A DNA stretch of 64,000 nucleotides from an uncultured delta proteobacterium (GCA_963827685.1 CAWHBU010000003.1:768001-832000); one strand, 5' to 3'; numbered from the stretch's first letter, positions 11,007 to 23,153 are shown. Program-made: numbers and translations. Notes: a model not told the origin generated them from the letters alone.

Positions 11007-11081
11007 AGTGACGTGATTCGTGGCTCGTGGCTCGTGATCCAATAAGTTCGAGATTCACCAATCACGATTCACGAGTGACGA

Positions 11082-11525
11082 TTAGATTCCCAGATTAGCC
11101 AAGGTTTCTCTGACCTGGTCAAACCCTCCTTCAACTTGCTGTACGACTTCCTGCCAACGCTCCTTGGCAAATATCTCTATGAATCGTCCCTCGCCTACTA
11201 ATATGATATCTTTTTGGAGACTCGCATAGTCCCTTAAGGTCTGGGGGATGAGAAGCCTTCCATGCTTGTCGATGGCGCAATCGATGGCACTCGAATAGAA
11301 GAACCTTAAGAACGCACTCATCTCCTTTCTCATGATGGAAAAGGAACCAATCTTTTGCTCCACCAATAGGCTCCATTCTTCATTAGGGAAAGCGATAAGG
11401 CAGCCCTCGAAATTGGTGATGACTAATCGGTCGTCATATTTTTTGTTGAGAATCTCTCTGAATTTTGAAGGAATGCTGATTCGACCCTTAGTGTCTATGG
11501 CGTGCTCATACCTACCCCGAAACAT
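11082..11525 (-). CDS. mraZ: Transcriptional regulator MraZ
   Basis: Two DxKGR/DKHGR repeats; first gene of the dcw cluster. Confidence 0.97.
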   Translation of the reverse strand: MFRGRYEHAIDTKGRISIPSKFREILNKKYDDRLVITNFEGCLIAFPNEEWSLLVEQKIGSFSIMRKEMSAFLRFFYSSAIDCAIDKHGRLLIPQTLRDYASLQKDIILVGEGRFIEIFAKERWQEVVQQVEGGFDQVRETLANLGI

Positions 11526-11550
11526 CGTTTTATCCCCCTCATCTTAAGAA

Positions 11551-11582
11551 ACCATACCACCTTTTCCCACTTTTTACCACTT
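11551..11582 (-). promoter_or_regulatory. MraZ-binding direct repeats
   Basis: Minus strand GTGGTAAAAA GTGGGAAAAG GTGGTA, 10-bp period, upstream of mraZ; TTGACA near 11614-11619. Confidence 0.85.
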
Positions 11583-11770
11583 GGGATGTAGAAATATCCT
11601 GAAAATTTAAATTTGTCAAGTAAAATTTTATACTTATTCCATTTTTTTATTTCCATTCGCATGACCCCAACATCTATTTAAACCAGGGTACGCTCACCCC
11701 ATATTTAGGCCCCCTATTTTCTATTCAATCTTTCATGACGGGTTCGTCACCCTCGAACAATGAAAATCAG

Positions 11771-14042
<2,272 letters not shown>

Positions 14043-14104
14043 GAGGCGGACAGCTCATCACTTCGTTAGACACCAAAATGGTCCTTGATTTTTACTACGG
14101 TTGG

Positions 14105-14121
14105 TAGTATCATTAATACTA
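14105..14121. promoter_or_regulatory. Palindromic TA operator candidate
   Basis: TAGTAT-CATTA-ATACTA just upstream of the antitoxin SD. Confidence 0.55.
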
Positions 14122-14139
14122 TTGTAGGAGGTATTACCA

Positions 14140-14421
14140 ATGGCGAAAATTCCTAATATCGTACCGATTACCGATCTTCGACAGGATGCCACAGCTATTG
14201 TAAAACGAGTGACTACTTCCAGGGAGCCTCTCGTCATCACCCAGAGAGGTCGGGCTGCTGCAGTCATGGTTAGCATGGAAGCCTATAAACATTCCCAGCA
14301 TGAGCTGGAGATTTTGCGCCTTCTCGCCTGTGGCGAAAAAGAGATCGAAGCGGGCAAGGGGTATGACCTTGAGCTTGTTTTCGCTGAAGCCGATTCCTTG
14401 TTAAAAGAGACGAAACCTTGA
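14140..14421 (+). CDS. Phd/YefM-family antitoxin
   Basis: PITDLRQ...PLVITQRGRAAAVMVS; AGGAGG SD. Confidence 0.9.
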   Translation: MAKIPNIVPITDLRQDATAIVKRVTTSREPLVITQRGRAAAVMVSMEAYKHSQHELEILRLLACGEKEIEAGKGYDLELVFAEADSLLKETKP

Positions 14422-14711
14422 AAGTTCTTTTCACTCCTTCGGGGCGCAAACAGTTCCTTGCAGCCATAGCTTATATCTACCACGAAAATCCACCAGCGGC
14501 GGCTGCTTTCCGGCGCAAGGCGGAAAAGGTCCTGTCCAGACTCAGAAAGTTCCCACAATCTGGCAGGGTACTGCCGGAGTTTCCCGATCTTCCTTTTCGT
14601 GAAATTATTGTAAGCCCTTACCGTTTCTTTTATCGTGTAAAAGGAAAAACTGTTTGGGTCGTAGCTGTCTGGCACGGTGCTCAGCTTCCGGAAGAACCAA
14701 ACGGAGCGTAA
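14418..14711 (+). CDS. RelE/ParE-family toxin
   Basis: FPQSGRVLPE...REIIVSPYRFFYRV...AVWHG; 4-nt overlap with the antitoxin. Confidence 0.9.
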   Translation: MKVLFTPSGRKQFLAAIAYIYHENPPAAAAFRRKAEKVLSRLRKFPQSGRVLPEFPDLPFREIIVSPYRFFYRVKGKTVWVVAVWHGAQLPEEPNGA

Positions 14712-14909
14712 AGCTCCCAACAATATCCAGGGTAGGCAAAAGGGGACAGGCTCTTTGGAGGAATTGCGGATATCCATGATTTTTACCATAGAAACCCTTT
14801 AAATGTTAACAGGTTATCCAGAACTGAGGCATTGCATAATAGGTAGATTTATTATAATCGTAATATTATTTTTAGGCCTAATCGTTAGGCAGACAGGGAA
14901 GGATGAAGA

Positions 14910-15266
14910 TCAAACGCCGAGATCGTCCAAGGGACTCGGTACCCCCTGGCCGCCCTGCTGAAGGATGTGGGTGTAGATCATGGTCGTGGCCAGATCGCTG
15001 TGTCCGAGCAGTTGCTGAATGGTGCGAATGTCGGTGCCGCGTTGGAGCAAGTGGGTGGCGAAGGAATGGCGAAAGGTATGTGCGCTGATGTGCTTCGTGA
15101 GCCCGGCACGGCGAACGGCCACTTTGATGGCTTTGTTGATGACGCTGGGATCAACGTGATGGCGGCGGGTCACACCAGAACGAGGGTCTACGGACAGATC
15201 CCGGGCGGGGAACACATACTGCCAGCCCCATTCCTTGGCGGCGGCGGGATACTTCCGAGCCAGAGT
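14910..15266 (-). pseudogene. intI: 3' remnant of integron integrase IntI
   Basis: [19 protein letters not shown] and [11 protein letters not shown] (integron-specific segment), [23 protein letters not shown]; N-terminal two thirds absent. Confidence 0.9.
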
Positions 15267-15269
15267 GTA

Positions 15270-15689
15270 ATTAAGTCCCCTCTTTTTCCCTTGATATCTG
15301 AATGCTTGTCCAAAGACCCAATAAAGAGGTTTCCCTCATTTAGGCACCTGCGTGATGAGCTTGAAGGTATTCTACGAAAAATCGGAGGAGGAATTGTCCC
15401 GCCCCCCGAATTATCCGAACTCACATTGTCAGATCTCCTAATTCGTGTGGACTGCTTCGAGAAACTCGGGAGCCTGCATGATGTTTTTGCTTATCTTGAA
15501 AGAGCAATTATTTTGGATCCCTGTTGCGGTTATACTTGGATAAGGAAAGGTTATGTACTTTACAAACAAGGGCGATACGAGGAGGCAATATCGTGTTACG
15601 ATCAAGCACTTAAGATAAACCCTCAAGATAATCAAGCTCAGCAGTACCTTGCAATGGCGAAGGATACGATCGCTCGAATCAAGGCCTGA
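15270..15689 (+). pseudogene. 3' remnant of a Ser/Thr kinase-TPR gene
   Basis: [11 protein letters not shown] (kinase subdomain XI-like) then TPR (KGYVLYKQGRYEEAISCYDQALKINP); 5' part replaced by antisense intI. Confidence 0.7.
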
Positions 15690-15837
15690 GATTAGTTGGA
15701 AGAGCAGGGTCAGCCCTTGACAAGGAACAAGGCGTTGCTGAGATGCAGTAAATACTTATAAAAACAACCATGAAGAGCGACCTTGCCTAACACTTATAAG
15801 GTCTCCCGTTGTCGAGAAAAAAAGACGAACGGATCAA

Positions 15838-17184
15838 TCATTTTTTCTCGCTTTTCTTTCTCCTCCAGTATTCCAGTCTCTTTTTGATTTCCTTCTCAAA
15901 TCCCTGTTCGGTTGGGTGATAGTAAATCCTTCCTTTGAGGTTCTCAGGAAGATATTCCTCCTCAACGAAGTGGTCTTGATAGTCATGGGGGTATTTATAA
16001 TCCTTCCCGTACCCAAGATCCTTCATTAAAGAGGTGACAGGATTTCGAATATGAAGCGGAACAGGCATATTCTCGGTTTCGCGAACATCCTTCTGAACCC
16101 TCTGAAATGCTGTATAGAGAGCGTTCGATTTTGGAGCCGTGGCCAAGTAGACCGCTGCCTGGGCAAGGGCCAAGTTCCCTTCCGGCAGGCCGACAAAATG
16201 GAAAGCCTCCTGGGCGGCAACCGCCACCTGTAAAGCCTGAGGATCTGCCATCCCCACATCTTCAGAAGCAAACCGGATCATCCGGCGCGCAATGTAGAGC
16301 GGATCCTCACCAGCCTCCAGCATTCTTCCAAGCCAATAAAGGGCTGCATCAGGGTCACTGCCTCTCAGGCTCTTATGCAAAGCCGAGATGAGATTATAAT
16401 GCTCTTCCCCGGACTTGTCATAAAGATACGCTTTCCTCTGAAGAACCTCTTTCAAATCCTCTCTCTTGATCTGACGAATGCCCTCTTGGTCGGGGGAAGT
16501 TGTCAGGACAAGCATTTCCAACGTATTCAAGGCCGCCCTTGCATCTCCATTAGCCAGCTGGCAAATGCCTTTGATGACCTCTGGCTCGATCGCAGTCTGG
16601 TAATTGCCCAATCCCCTCTCTTTATCCGTCAAAGCCCGGCTTAAGATCACTTCAACCTCTTTCTCTGTCAACGGATTTAATGTGAAGACTTTGGAACGAG
16701 AAAGCAAAGGCGAGATGACTTCGAAAGACGGATTTTCCGTCGTAGCTCCAATGAGGATGATGGTCCCTTTCTCCACATGGGGAAGGAAAGCATCCTGCTG
16801 AGCTTTGTTGAATCGATGGATTTCATCCACAAAAAGGATTGTCCGCCGTTTATTATATTTCCATTCTTCTTCTGCCTCTTGGACGACCTCTTTGATCTCT
16901 TTCACCCCGGAGAGGACAGCACTGAAGGCGAGAAACTGAGCACCCGTAGTGGTGGCGACAATCATCGCCAAGGTTGTCTTGCCAGACCCCGGAGGTCCCC
17001 ATAAAATCATAGAAGGAAGATGATCGGATTCGATGGCCTGGCGGAGGACCTTTCCCCGACTCAAGAGGTGATCCTGGCCAAGAAATTCATCCAATGTCCG
17101 AGGCCTCATCCGATCGGCGAGGGGGGCCTCTCTCTTGAATAATTCTTTCCCCTTCTTCTCAAAAAGATCTGGATGCTTTTTCAT
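15838..17184 (-). CDS. rarA: Replication-associated recombination protein RarA/MgsA
   Basis: PLADRMRP, GPPGSGKT, DEIHRFNKAQQD, GATTENP, ISALHKS. Confidence 0.96.
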   Translation of the reverse strand: MKKHPDLFEKKGKELFKREAPLADRMRPRTLDEFLGQDHLLSRGKVLRQAIESDHLPSMILWGPPGSGKTTLAMIVATTTGAQFLAFSAVLSGVKEIKEVVQEAEEEWKYNKRRTILFVDEIHRFNKAQQDAFLPHVEKGTIILIGATTENPSFEVISPLLSRSKVFTLNPLTEKEVEVILSRALTDKERGLGNYQTAIEPEVIKGICQLANGDARAALNTLEMLVLTTSPDQEGIRQIKREDLKEVLQRKAYLYDKSGEEHYNLISALHKSLRGSDPDAALYWLGRMLEAGEDPLYIARRMIRFASEDVGMADPQALQVAVAAQEAFHFVGLPEGNLALAQAAVYLATAPKSNALYTAFQRVQKDVRETENMPVPLHIRNPVTSLMKDLGYGKDYKYPHDYQDHFVEEEYLPENLKGRIYYHPTEQGFEKEIKKRLEYWRRKKSEKK

Positions 17185-17232
17185 ATAAGTGGCTATGCGC
17201 TCTGCCTGCCTACCTCAGGCAGGCGCTATGCT

Positions 17233-18018
17233 CTATGCGTTATTAATTTCCTGAATCGCTTGAAGCATTTCTTGATGGATCAACCCATTGGAAGCCAGGA
17301 TCTCTTCAGAATAGATATTGTAGCGCCGGCCTTCAAGATCGGTCACCTTCCCCCCCGCTTCGGTAATCACTAAAGTAGCTGCCGCCACATCCCAAGCGTG
17401 GAGCTTAAATTCCCAGAATCCATCGAAACGGCCCGCTGCTAAGTAAGAAAGATCAATGGCCGCTGAACCAGGTCTCCGAATGGCAAAACTCTTGGTAAGA
17501 AACTGACGGAAATAGCGAAGATAGAAATCGGCGTGTTCATGGACATCATAAGGAAAACCGGTGCAGAGAAGACTTCTGTTTAACCTGTCATTCCGTGAGA
17601 CAACGATTCGTTTACCATTAAGAAAGGCACCCTTTCCTTTTTCCGCATGAAAGAGCTCATTGAGGGTCGGGATGTAAACCACTCCGAGCTTTACCTCTCC
17701 TTCCACTTCAAGCCCGATGGAGACGCAGAAACAAGGAAACCCATGAAAATAATTGGTCGTCCCGTCGAGGGGATCGATAATCCACTTCCATGGGGATCCT
17801 TTCCCCTCAAAGGGACTCTCTTCTGTCAAAATATCATGCTCCGGAAAAGCATCCGAAATCATTCTTACGATGGCTTGCTCACAGCGCCGGTCTACTTGCG
17901 TCACCGGGTTGAACTCTCCTTTGTACTCAACCGGATGGGAGTGACCTAAATGGAGCATCTGGATCCGGCCTGCCTCTTTGGCCGCCGCAACGGCTAATGG
18001 CAGATAGCGATCATCCAT
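17233..18018 (-). CDS. suhB: Inositol monophosphatase SuhB
   Basis: WIIDPLDGTTN, RRPGSAA, WDVAA; start approximate. Confidence 0.93.
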   Translation of the reverse strand: MDDRYLPLAVAAAKEAGRIQMLHLGHSHPVEYKGEFNPVTQVDRRCEQAIVRMISDAFPEHDILTEESPFEGKGSPWKWIIDPLDGTTNYFHGFPCFCVSIGLEVEGEVKLGVVYIPTLNELFHAEKGKGAFLNGKRIVVSRNDRLNRSLLCTGFPYDVHEHADFYLRYFRQFLTKSFAIRRPGSAAIDLSYLAAGRFDGFWEFKLHAWDVAAATLVITEAGGKVTDLEGRRYNIYSEEILASNGLIHQEMLQAIQEINNA

Positions 18019-18129
18019 CTTCAACGCTCTCCTGTTTTCCAAATCCCCCTCTGTTTACCCACCTCTATTCCCCCCTTTATAACTCCCCCTTCCCCCTCTT
18101 AATTTAAGAGGGGGAGAGTGGAGGGGGCG

Positions 18130-18387
18130 TTAGATTGGGGGATGAAGGGGGGTTACCTTCAGCGCCAGTTTTGACAAGACGCTCTGTATATCAAGCAGCA
18201 CTTCATTGTTCCAAAAACGCACCACGTCAATTCCCTGCGCTTTTAGATACTCTGAACGGGCTGCATCATATTCTGTGTTATCGCCCTGGTTATGTTGTCC
18301 GCCGTCCAACTCTACCGCAAGCTTCACCGTTGGACAATAAAAGTCCAAAATATAGGGGCCTATGCTGTACTGGCGGAAGAATTTCAT
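18130..18387 (-). pseudogene. 5'-truncated DUF559 endonuclease bracketed by palindromic repeats
   Basis: KFFRQYSIGPYILDFYCP..LAVELDGGQH..RFWNNEV; usual N-terminal helix absent; repeats at 18041-18155 and 18388-18446. Confidence 0.8.
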
Positions 18388-18584
18388 AACTCCCCTTAAC
18401 CCCCCTCTATTCCCCCCTTAACTTAAGGGGGGATGAAGGGGAGTTACACGAGGGGGATGCCACCCACACGAAAGCCGGAAGAACCCGAAATTCTTTAAAA
18501 GTTGACAACGCTTTCATCAAAACTATATGATACCCTACAATAACAAGTCAACCCTGCAATAGCCACATTAGTCATGGCAAGGGC

Positions 18585-18646
18585 GTCATTCCTGCGAAAG
18601 CAGGAATCCAGAAAAACACTGGATTCCGGATCAAGTCCGGAATGAC
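18585..18646. repeat. GTCATTCC...GGAATGAC REP-like palindrome
   Basis: gtcattcctgcgaaagcaggaatccag ... ctggattccggatcaagtccggaatgac. Confidence 0.85.
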
Positions 18647-18650
18647 AAAC

Positions 18651-18796
18651 TAATACAAACGCGTTAAATAAATTGTCTTTGCGAGGAATGAAATGACGAA
18701 GCAATCTCGTATTTATGGAGCGAGATTGCCACGCTCTCCCGCCAAGGCGGGATCGCTCGCAATGACACTGTAAAAACATTCAATGCGTTTGCACTA
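18651..18796. mobile_element. TA-flanked MITE with IS630-like TIRs carrying a GTCATTGCGA-type repeat
   Basis: Left end TAATACAAACGCGTTAA; right end rc TAGTGCAAACGCATTGA; compare IS630 end TAATACAAACGCATTAA at 39104. Confidence 0.75.
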
Positions 18797-18855
18797 GATA
18801 AGACTTATGCAGTCATTTATAACGGAGGGATGGGTCATGAGGTCGGGAGCATGAG

Positions 18856-19275
18856 ATGAAGTTCGAAACTTACGGAAACTGTTTTGTCTGCGGAGAGAAC
18901 AACCCGAATGGGTTGCGATTGAGTTTTGAGATCGACAAGGAGAGGCAAACCCTCAAAACCACTTTTGTCGCAAATCCAACCTTCCAAGGTTGGGATGGCA
19001 TCGTCCACGGAGGAATTATCAGTACCCTTCTGGACGAAGCAACGGCAAAATTGGTTTACGAATTAGGGTACAAAGCAGTGACGGCATCTTTAGAAATCAG
19101 ATTCAAAAAGCCAGCTCCGATCCTCGAACCACTAAGGATCTACGGAGAGATTACAGAGGTAGGGAAAAGATTGATCAGGGCAAAGGCTCGCGTGGCAAAG
19201 GAGGATGGAACCATTTTGGCGACAGGGATGGCTACCTTCCTTAAGAACAGTTTAGCAAAGGCGGGTTCTCCTTAA
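18856..19275 (+). CDS. PaaI-family hotdog thioesterase
   Basis: CFVCGENNPNGL, HGGIISTLLDE. Confidence 0.9.
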   Translation: MKFETYGNCFVCGENNPNGLRLSFEIDKERQTLKTTFVANPTFQGWDGIVHGGIISTLLDEATAKLVYELGYKAVTASLEIRFKKPAPILEPLRIYGEITEVGKRLIRAKARVAKEDGTILATGMATFLKNSLAKAGSP

Positions 19276-19295
19276 CCCCTCAATCCCTTACGTCT

Positions 19296-20045
19296 TCAAC
19301 CTTTCCTTCGGCTGACCATCCATTGGGCATAATCCGCATCAAACCCAAATCTTTCTAATAAGGCTCGATCCCTAAGCAGTTCCCTCATCGAAAGATCTTC
19401 TATTTTTCTCCCTTCATAGAGCAAAACCGCTCTCTCGCAGAGATCTACCGCCACAGGCAGGTGATGGGTGACGAGGACTTTCGTTTGAGGGATGGATTGG
19501 ATGCGTTCGACCAACAGGCGGCTTCCAGCCGGATCGAGGTTATCCGTGGGCTCATCAAGGGCCAGGATCTCGGAGTCCATGGACAACACAGTGGCCAAAG
19601 CAACCCTTTTCTTTTCCCCTTCACTCAAATGGTGCGCCGACCTTCCTTCAAATCCTTTCAACCCCATCATTTCGAGTGCCTTCGCTACCCGATGCCGAAC
19701 ACTTTCCTCATCCAGTCCCATATTGAGAGGACCGAAAGCCACATCATCAAAGACCGTGGGACAGAAGAGTTGATCCTCCGGGCTTTGGAAGACAAGACCC
19801 ACCCTTCTCCGAATCTCTTTCAGGTTATTTTTCTCAACAGGAATGCCCAAGATAACCACCTTTCCTTCTCCCATCAGCGTTCCATTCAGATGATAGAGCA
19901 GAGTCGACTTGCCGGCTCCATTTGGACCAAGGATCGCGACGGATTCATGTTGATAAACCTCTAAATGGATATCCCTCAAAGCAGGTGTCCCGTCCGGATA
20001 ATGATAAGAGAGGTGGGTGATTTCGATAACTTTATTAGACGTCAT
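19296..20045 (-). CDS. cbiO: ECF transporter ATPase (CbiO/NikO-like)
   Basis: GPNGAGKST, VFQSPEDQ, LSEGEKKR, LDEP; start MTSNK coupled to the cbiQ stop. Confidence 0.88.
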   Translation of the reverse strand: MTSNKVIEITHLSYHYPDGTPALRDIHLEVYQHESVAILGPNGAGKSTLLYHLNGTLMGEGKVVILGIPVEKNNLKEIRRRVGLVFQSPEDQLFCPTVFDDVAFGPLNMGLDEESVRHRVAKALEMMGLKGFEGRSAHHLSEGEKKRVALATVLSMDSEILALDEPTDNLDPAGSRLLVERIQSIPQTKVLVTHHLPVAVDLCERAVLLYEGRKIEDLSMRELLRDRALLERFGFDADYAQWMVSRRKG

Positions 20046-20809
20046 CCCAGATAGATCCTCATGACAAGGAGAAGTGGAACAAGGGAAAGGAATACGACTT
20101 CGCCCCATCCAAGCCTTTCTGCCGTGGTTTCGGGCATCGTTCCATGATAACCCCTGGAAAGCATCGCCAGATAGACTCTTTCCCCACGGTGAAAACTTCT
20201 CAAGAAAAGGGTTCCGATCATATGCCCGATGACCTGAGTCTGCCAGAGCCATCTCCCTCCAAAGCTTCTTGAATCCCTTGCCCGCTTCATCCGATGCATC
20301 TCATCGATGAGTATAAAAGAATAACGGTACATGAAGGAGGTGAGCATCGTGAAAATTTTGGGGGAGCCTAACTTCTCCATGCCTCTGATCAATTGGGGAA
20401 AGGAGGTGGTAGAAGAAAGCAGAATGATGGAAAAAACTCCTAAACATGATTTGATGACCACATTCCATAGAATCCATAAACCACTCTGGGATACGGAAAG
20501 GCCCCCCAACCCTAAATTGTATCCTCCCCCGACTCCATCTTTCTTCATGAATGGAATGGAAATTGTTACCATCAAGAGAAAAGGGAGGACGACCAGAATC
20601 TTCTTGAGCAAATGGCCTAAGGGAAGTCGCGCCAACAGGGCGATCCCAATGAGAGCCGTGGCCAAAAGACTGAAGAGAAGGAAGGAGGTGGGTTGAGAAC
20701 TCACGCCGATCAAAATAAAAGTGAAGAAGACAATGATCTTTGCCCTGGCGTCCAGATGGTGAATCGGGCTCTCGACATGGCTGTGGTGATCCAAAAAGGC
20801 ATGCCTCAT
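20042..20809 (-). CDS. cbiQ: ECF transporter T component (CbiQ-like)
   Basis: HHLDARAK, MYRY, ARDSRS, AMLSRGY. Confidence 0.88.
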   Translation of the reverse strand: MRHAFLDHHSHVESPIHHLDARAKIIVFFTFILIGVSSQPTSFLLFSLLATALIGIALLARLPLGHLLKKILVVLPFLLMVTISIPFMKKDGVGGGYNLGLGGLSVSQSGLWILWNVVIKSCLGVFSIILLSSTTSFPQLIRGMEKLGSPKIFTMLTSFMYRYSFILIDEMHRMKRARDSRSFGGRWLWQTQVIGHMIGTLFLRSFHRGERVYLAMLSRGYHGTMPETTAERLGWGEVVFLSLVPLLLVMRIYLG

Positions 20810-21663
20810 CAGCTTGCCTTCCTGTCTGATCCGAACCGTCTTGAAAAGTTGAGACCGAGGATCTTTTCCTGATCCTGTTTTGAGAGGCTGGATTCTTCCA
20901 ATTCTTTGAAATATCGCCGAGGTGAAATCAGAGGGAAGTCTGTACCAAAAAAAATCTTTTCGATCCCCACCATCTCTCTGGCGATCGCATAAATTTTCTT
21001 CGAATAGAGAAATGGCGAGGCCGCCGTATCGTAATAGACATTGGTCATGCCCTTGGCCACCTCCGGCATCAACTCGTAGAAGGGAAGCCCACCTCCCCAG
21101 TGCCCTAAAATGATGGGAAGATTTGGAAAGGAGAGGATCAATTCATAAAAGCGTTCAAGAGGCGTCCTTCCCTTCCCGGGGTAGGAATGGCCGATCGTCT
21201 CATTGGTATGGAGAAGAAGAGGAATTCCCCGCTTCTCCATTTGGGAGAGGAGGGGTTTCATGGAATGAATATCCTGAGAAGTCATTTCATCACGGTAGAA
21301 AGCGATCTCCCCTACCCCTCTTGCCCCGCCCTTCACAGCCCGATCTAATTCCTTCCCTGACCAATCTGGATTCGAAAAAAGGAGCATGACAAAAACAATC
21401 AGTCGATTTGGATACCGTGAGGCGGACGCCATCAAATATTGGTTATGAAGGAAGCAGAGATCAGGTTGGCTCCAGGGAAATCCACAAACGACAGAGCGGT
21501 CGATCCCGGATTCGTCCATCGAGGCAATCAAATCCTCCACCCCGGCCATCTTCGACTTTGAATTTTTATAAATGGATGAAAACCCTTCATCCCTCTTGCA
21601 GAAGGCTTCTCGATCTCTTCTCACTTCCTCCGGAAAGATATGCGTATGGCAGTCAATGATCAT
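20809..21663 (-). CDS. Amidohydrolase_2 family metal-dependent hydrolase
   Basis: IDCHTH, GVGE, LLH, LGHWGG, FGTDFP. Confidence 0.88.
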   Translation of the reverse strand: MIIDCHTHIFPEEVRRDREAFCKRDEGFSSIYKNSKSKMAGVEDLIASMDESGIDRSVVCGFPWSQPDLCFLHNQYLMASASRYPNRLIVFVMLLFSNPDWSGKELDRAVKGGARGVGEIAFYRDEMTSQDIHSMKPLLSQMEKRGIPLLLHTNETIGHSYPGKGRTPLERFYELILSFPNLPIILGHWGGGLPFYELMPEVAKGMTNVYYDTAASPFLYSKKIYAIAREMVGIEKIFFGTDFPLISPRRYFKELEESSLSKQDQEKILGLNFSRRFGSDRKAS

Positions 21664-21675
21664 GCTTTTGTCACT

Positions 21676-22245
21676 TCAGGGTTTCCCTTTTGTGAAGCCA
21701 TAATGGCCGATGCATTTCCCGAGATTCCAATACTCATTGGCGCCCGGACAGAAGACCACTGGGAGGACCTTGGCGATATCGATCCGACCCTTCTCCTTTT
21801 GAACTTCTTCCTTGACATGGAGGGCAACGATTTCACCAAGAAAGAGATCATGGCTTCCTAAATAAAGTATTTCTTTAACTTTACATTCCATTTGAACAGG
21901 ACATTCATCGATCAGGGGAGGCTTCACCTTTTGAGCGGCGACCTGCTTCCATCCCATGGATGAAAACTTATCTGTCTCCTTCCCTGAAAGCACGCCACAG
22001 GCATCCACCTTTCTGAGCATCTCTTCAGAGGGAAGATTGACGACGAACTCTTTGGATCGCTTCACACAGGCATGGGAGTATCGTTCTGGCCGGATGGAGA
22101 TACTGATCATGGGAGGGTCTGAGTTGACCACTCCCACCCAAGCCAAGGTGATGATGTTGGGTTTTCCTGCCTCATCCACGCAGGTCACCAAAACGACTGG
22201 CGTAGGCAAAAGCAGGGGTGCGGGTGGCAGACTTTTTCGCCCCAT
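21676..22245 (-). CDS. Flavin reductase-like FMN-binding protein
   Basis: PVVLVT, EFVVNLP, ECPVQMECKV, GSHDLFLGE. Confidence 0.9.
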   Translation of the reverse strand: MGRKSLPPAPLLLPTPVVLVTCVDEAGKPNIITLAWVGVVNSDPPMISISIRPERYSHACVKRSKEFVVNLPSEEMLRKVDACGVLSGKETDKFSSMGWKQVAAQKVKPPLIDECPVQMECKVKEILYLGSHDLFLGEIVALHVKEEVQKEKGRIDIAKVLPVVFCPGANEYWNLGKCIGHYGFTKGKP

Positions 22246-22274
22246 TCTCTTCTCCTTTCTTGGGCCACGTGCCC

Positions 22275-22883
22275 TTATTGGAAAAGGGTTACATCCCCTT
22301 TCCCTTTTCGGATCACTTTCGGAAAATCGTTGGTGAGGTCAATGATGCTGGAATGCTCGGCGACGATCATCCCTCCGTCAATGACAAGGTCCAACTGTCT
22401 TCCGAAGCGCTCTTCGATCTCGACGGGGTCATTGTACAGCCCCTCATCGGGTTTATTAACGCTGGTGCTGATAATCGGGTGCCCCAACTCCTTGACGAGG
22501 GCCAAGCATATCTTGTTGTCAGGAATTCTTATCCCTACCGTATTCTGTTTGGTCATGGCTATCTTTGGAACCAGCTTCGTTGCCTTCAACACAAAAGTAT
22601 AAGCACCCGGAAGCAGACGTTTCATCATTTTATAAGCATAGTTGGCGACATGGGCATACCGACTGATATCCTTCAAATCACAACAGATGAAACTTAACGG
22701 CTTTTTCCCTCCTAATTTTTTCAGGCGATGAACCTTTCGAATTGCCTCGGGGTTGAAGAGGTCGCATCCTATCCCGTAGACCGTATCCGTAGGATATCCC
22801 ATCACACCCCCTCCTTCAAGAACCTCAACAACGTTTCGGATCAATCTTTGTTGCGGATTTTTAGGATTGATGGTGATGATCAT
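22275..22883 (-). CDS. Sua5/YciO/YrdC family protein
   Basis: PTDTVYG, VGIRIP, STSVN. Confidence 0.9.
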   Translation of the reverse strand: MIITINPKNPQQRLIRNVVEVLEGGGVMGYPTDTVYGIGCDLFNPEAIRKVHRLKKLGGKKPLSFICCDLKDISRYAHVANYAYKMMKRLLPGAYTFVLKATKLVPKIAMTKQNTVGIRIPDNKICLALVKELGHPIISTSVNKPDEGLYNDPVEIEERFGRQLDLVIDGGMIVAEHSSIIDLTNDFPKVIRKGKGDVTLFQ

Positions 22884-22962
22884 TACTCACTCTCCTTCGT
22901 CGAGATAAATATGATAACCAAATCACAAATTCCAAATTTCAATTACCATCGGTATTTGAATT

Positions 22963-23153
22963 TATAGTGAACGCCATAAATAAGTTGACATCCGCGTCGT
23001 GTCATTGCGAACGAAGTGAAGCAATTTCACGGGATTGCCACGCCTGCGTGCCGAAACTTCATACTACTAAGAATCCCTGTGTTCAAGCACTCCGGCGTGC
23101 AGGCACGTCGCTTCGCTCCTCGCAATGACCACTTTATTAAGGCGTTCACTATA
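22963..23153. mobile_element. TA-flanked MITE with nested repeats
   Basis: TIRs TATAGTGAACGCC / GGCGTTCACTATA around GTCATTGCGA...CGCAATGAC, which in turn holds a CACG-bounded element (23039-23107). Confidence 0.75.

Noticed and set aside
14825-14880. Possible dif site
   Set aside because: AT-rich with TAA...TTA, but spacing and the XerD arm do not fit
14967-15689. 240-aa ORF as a novel fusion protein
   Set aside because: The first ~100 codons are the antisense frame of intI; continuity is a by-product of the deletion
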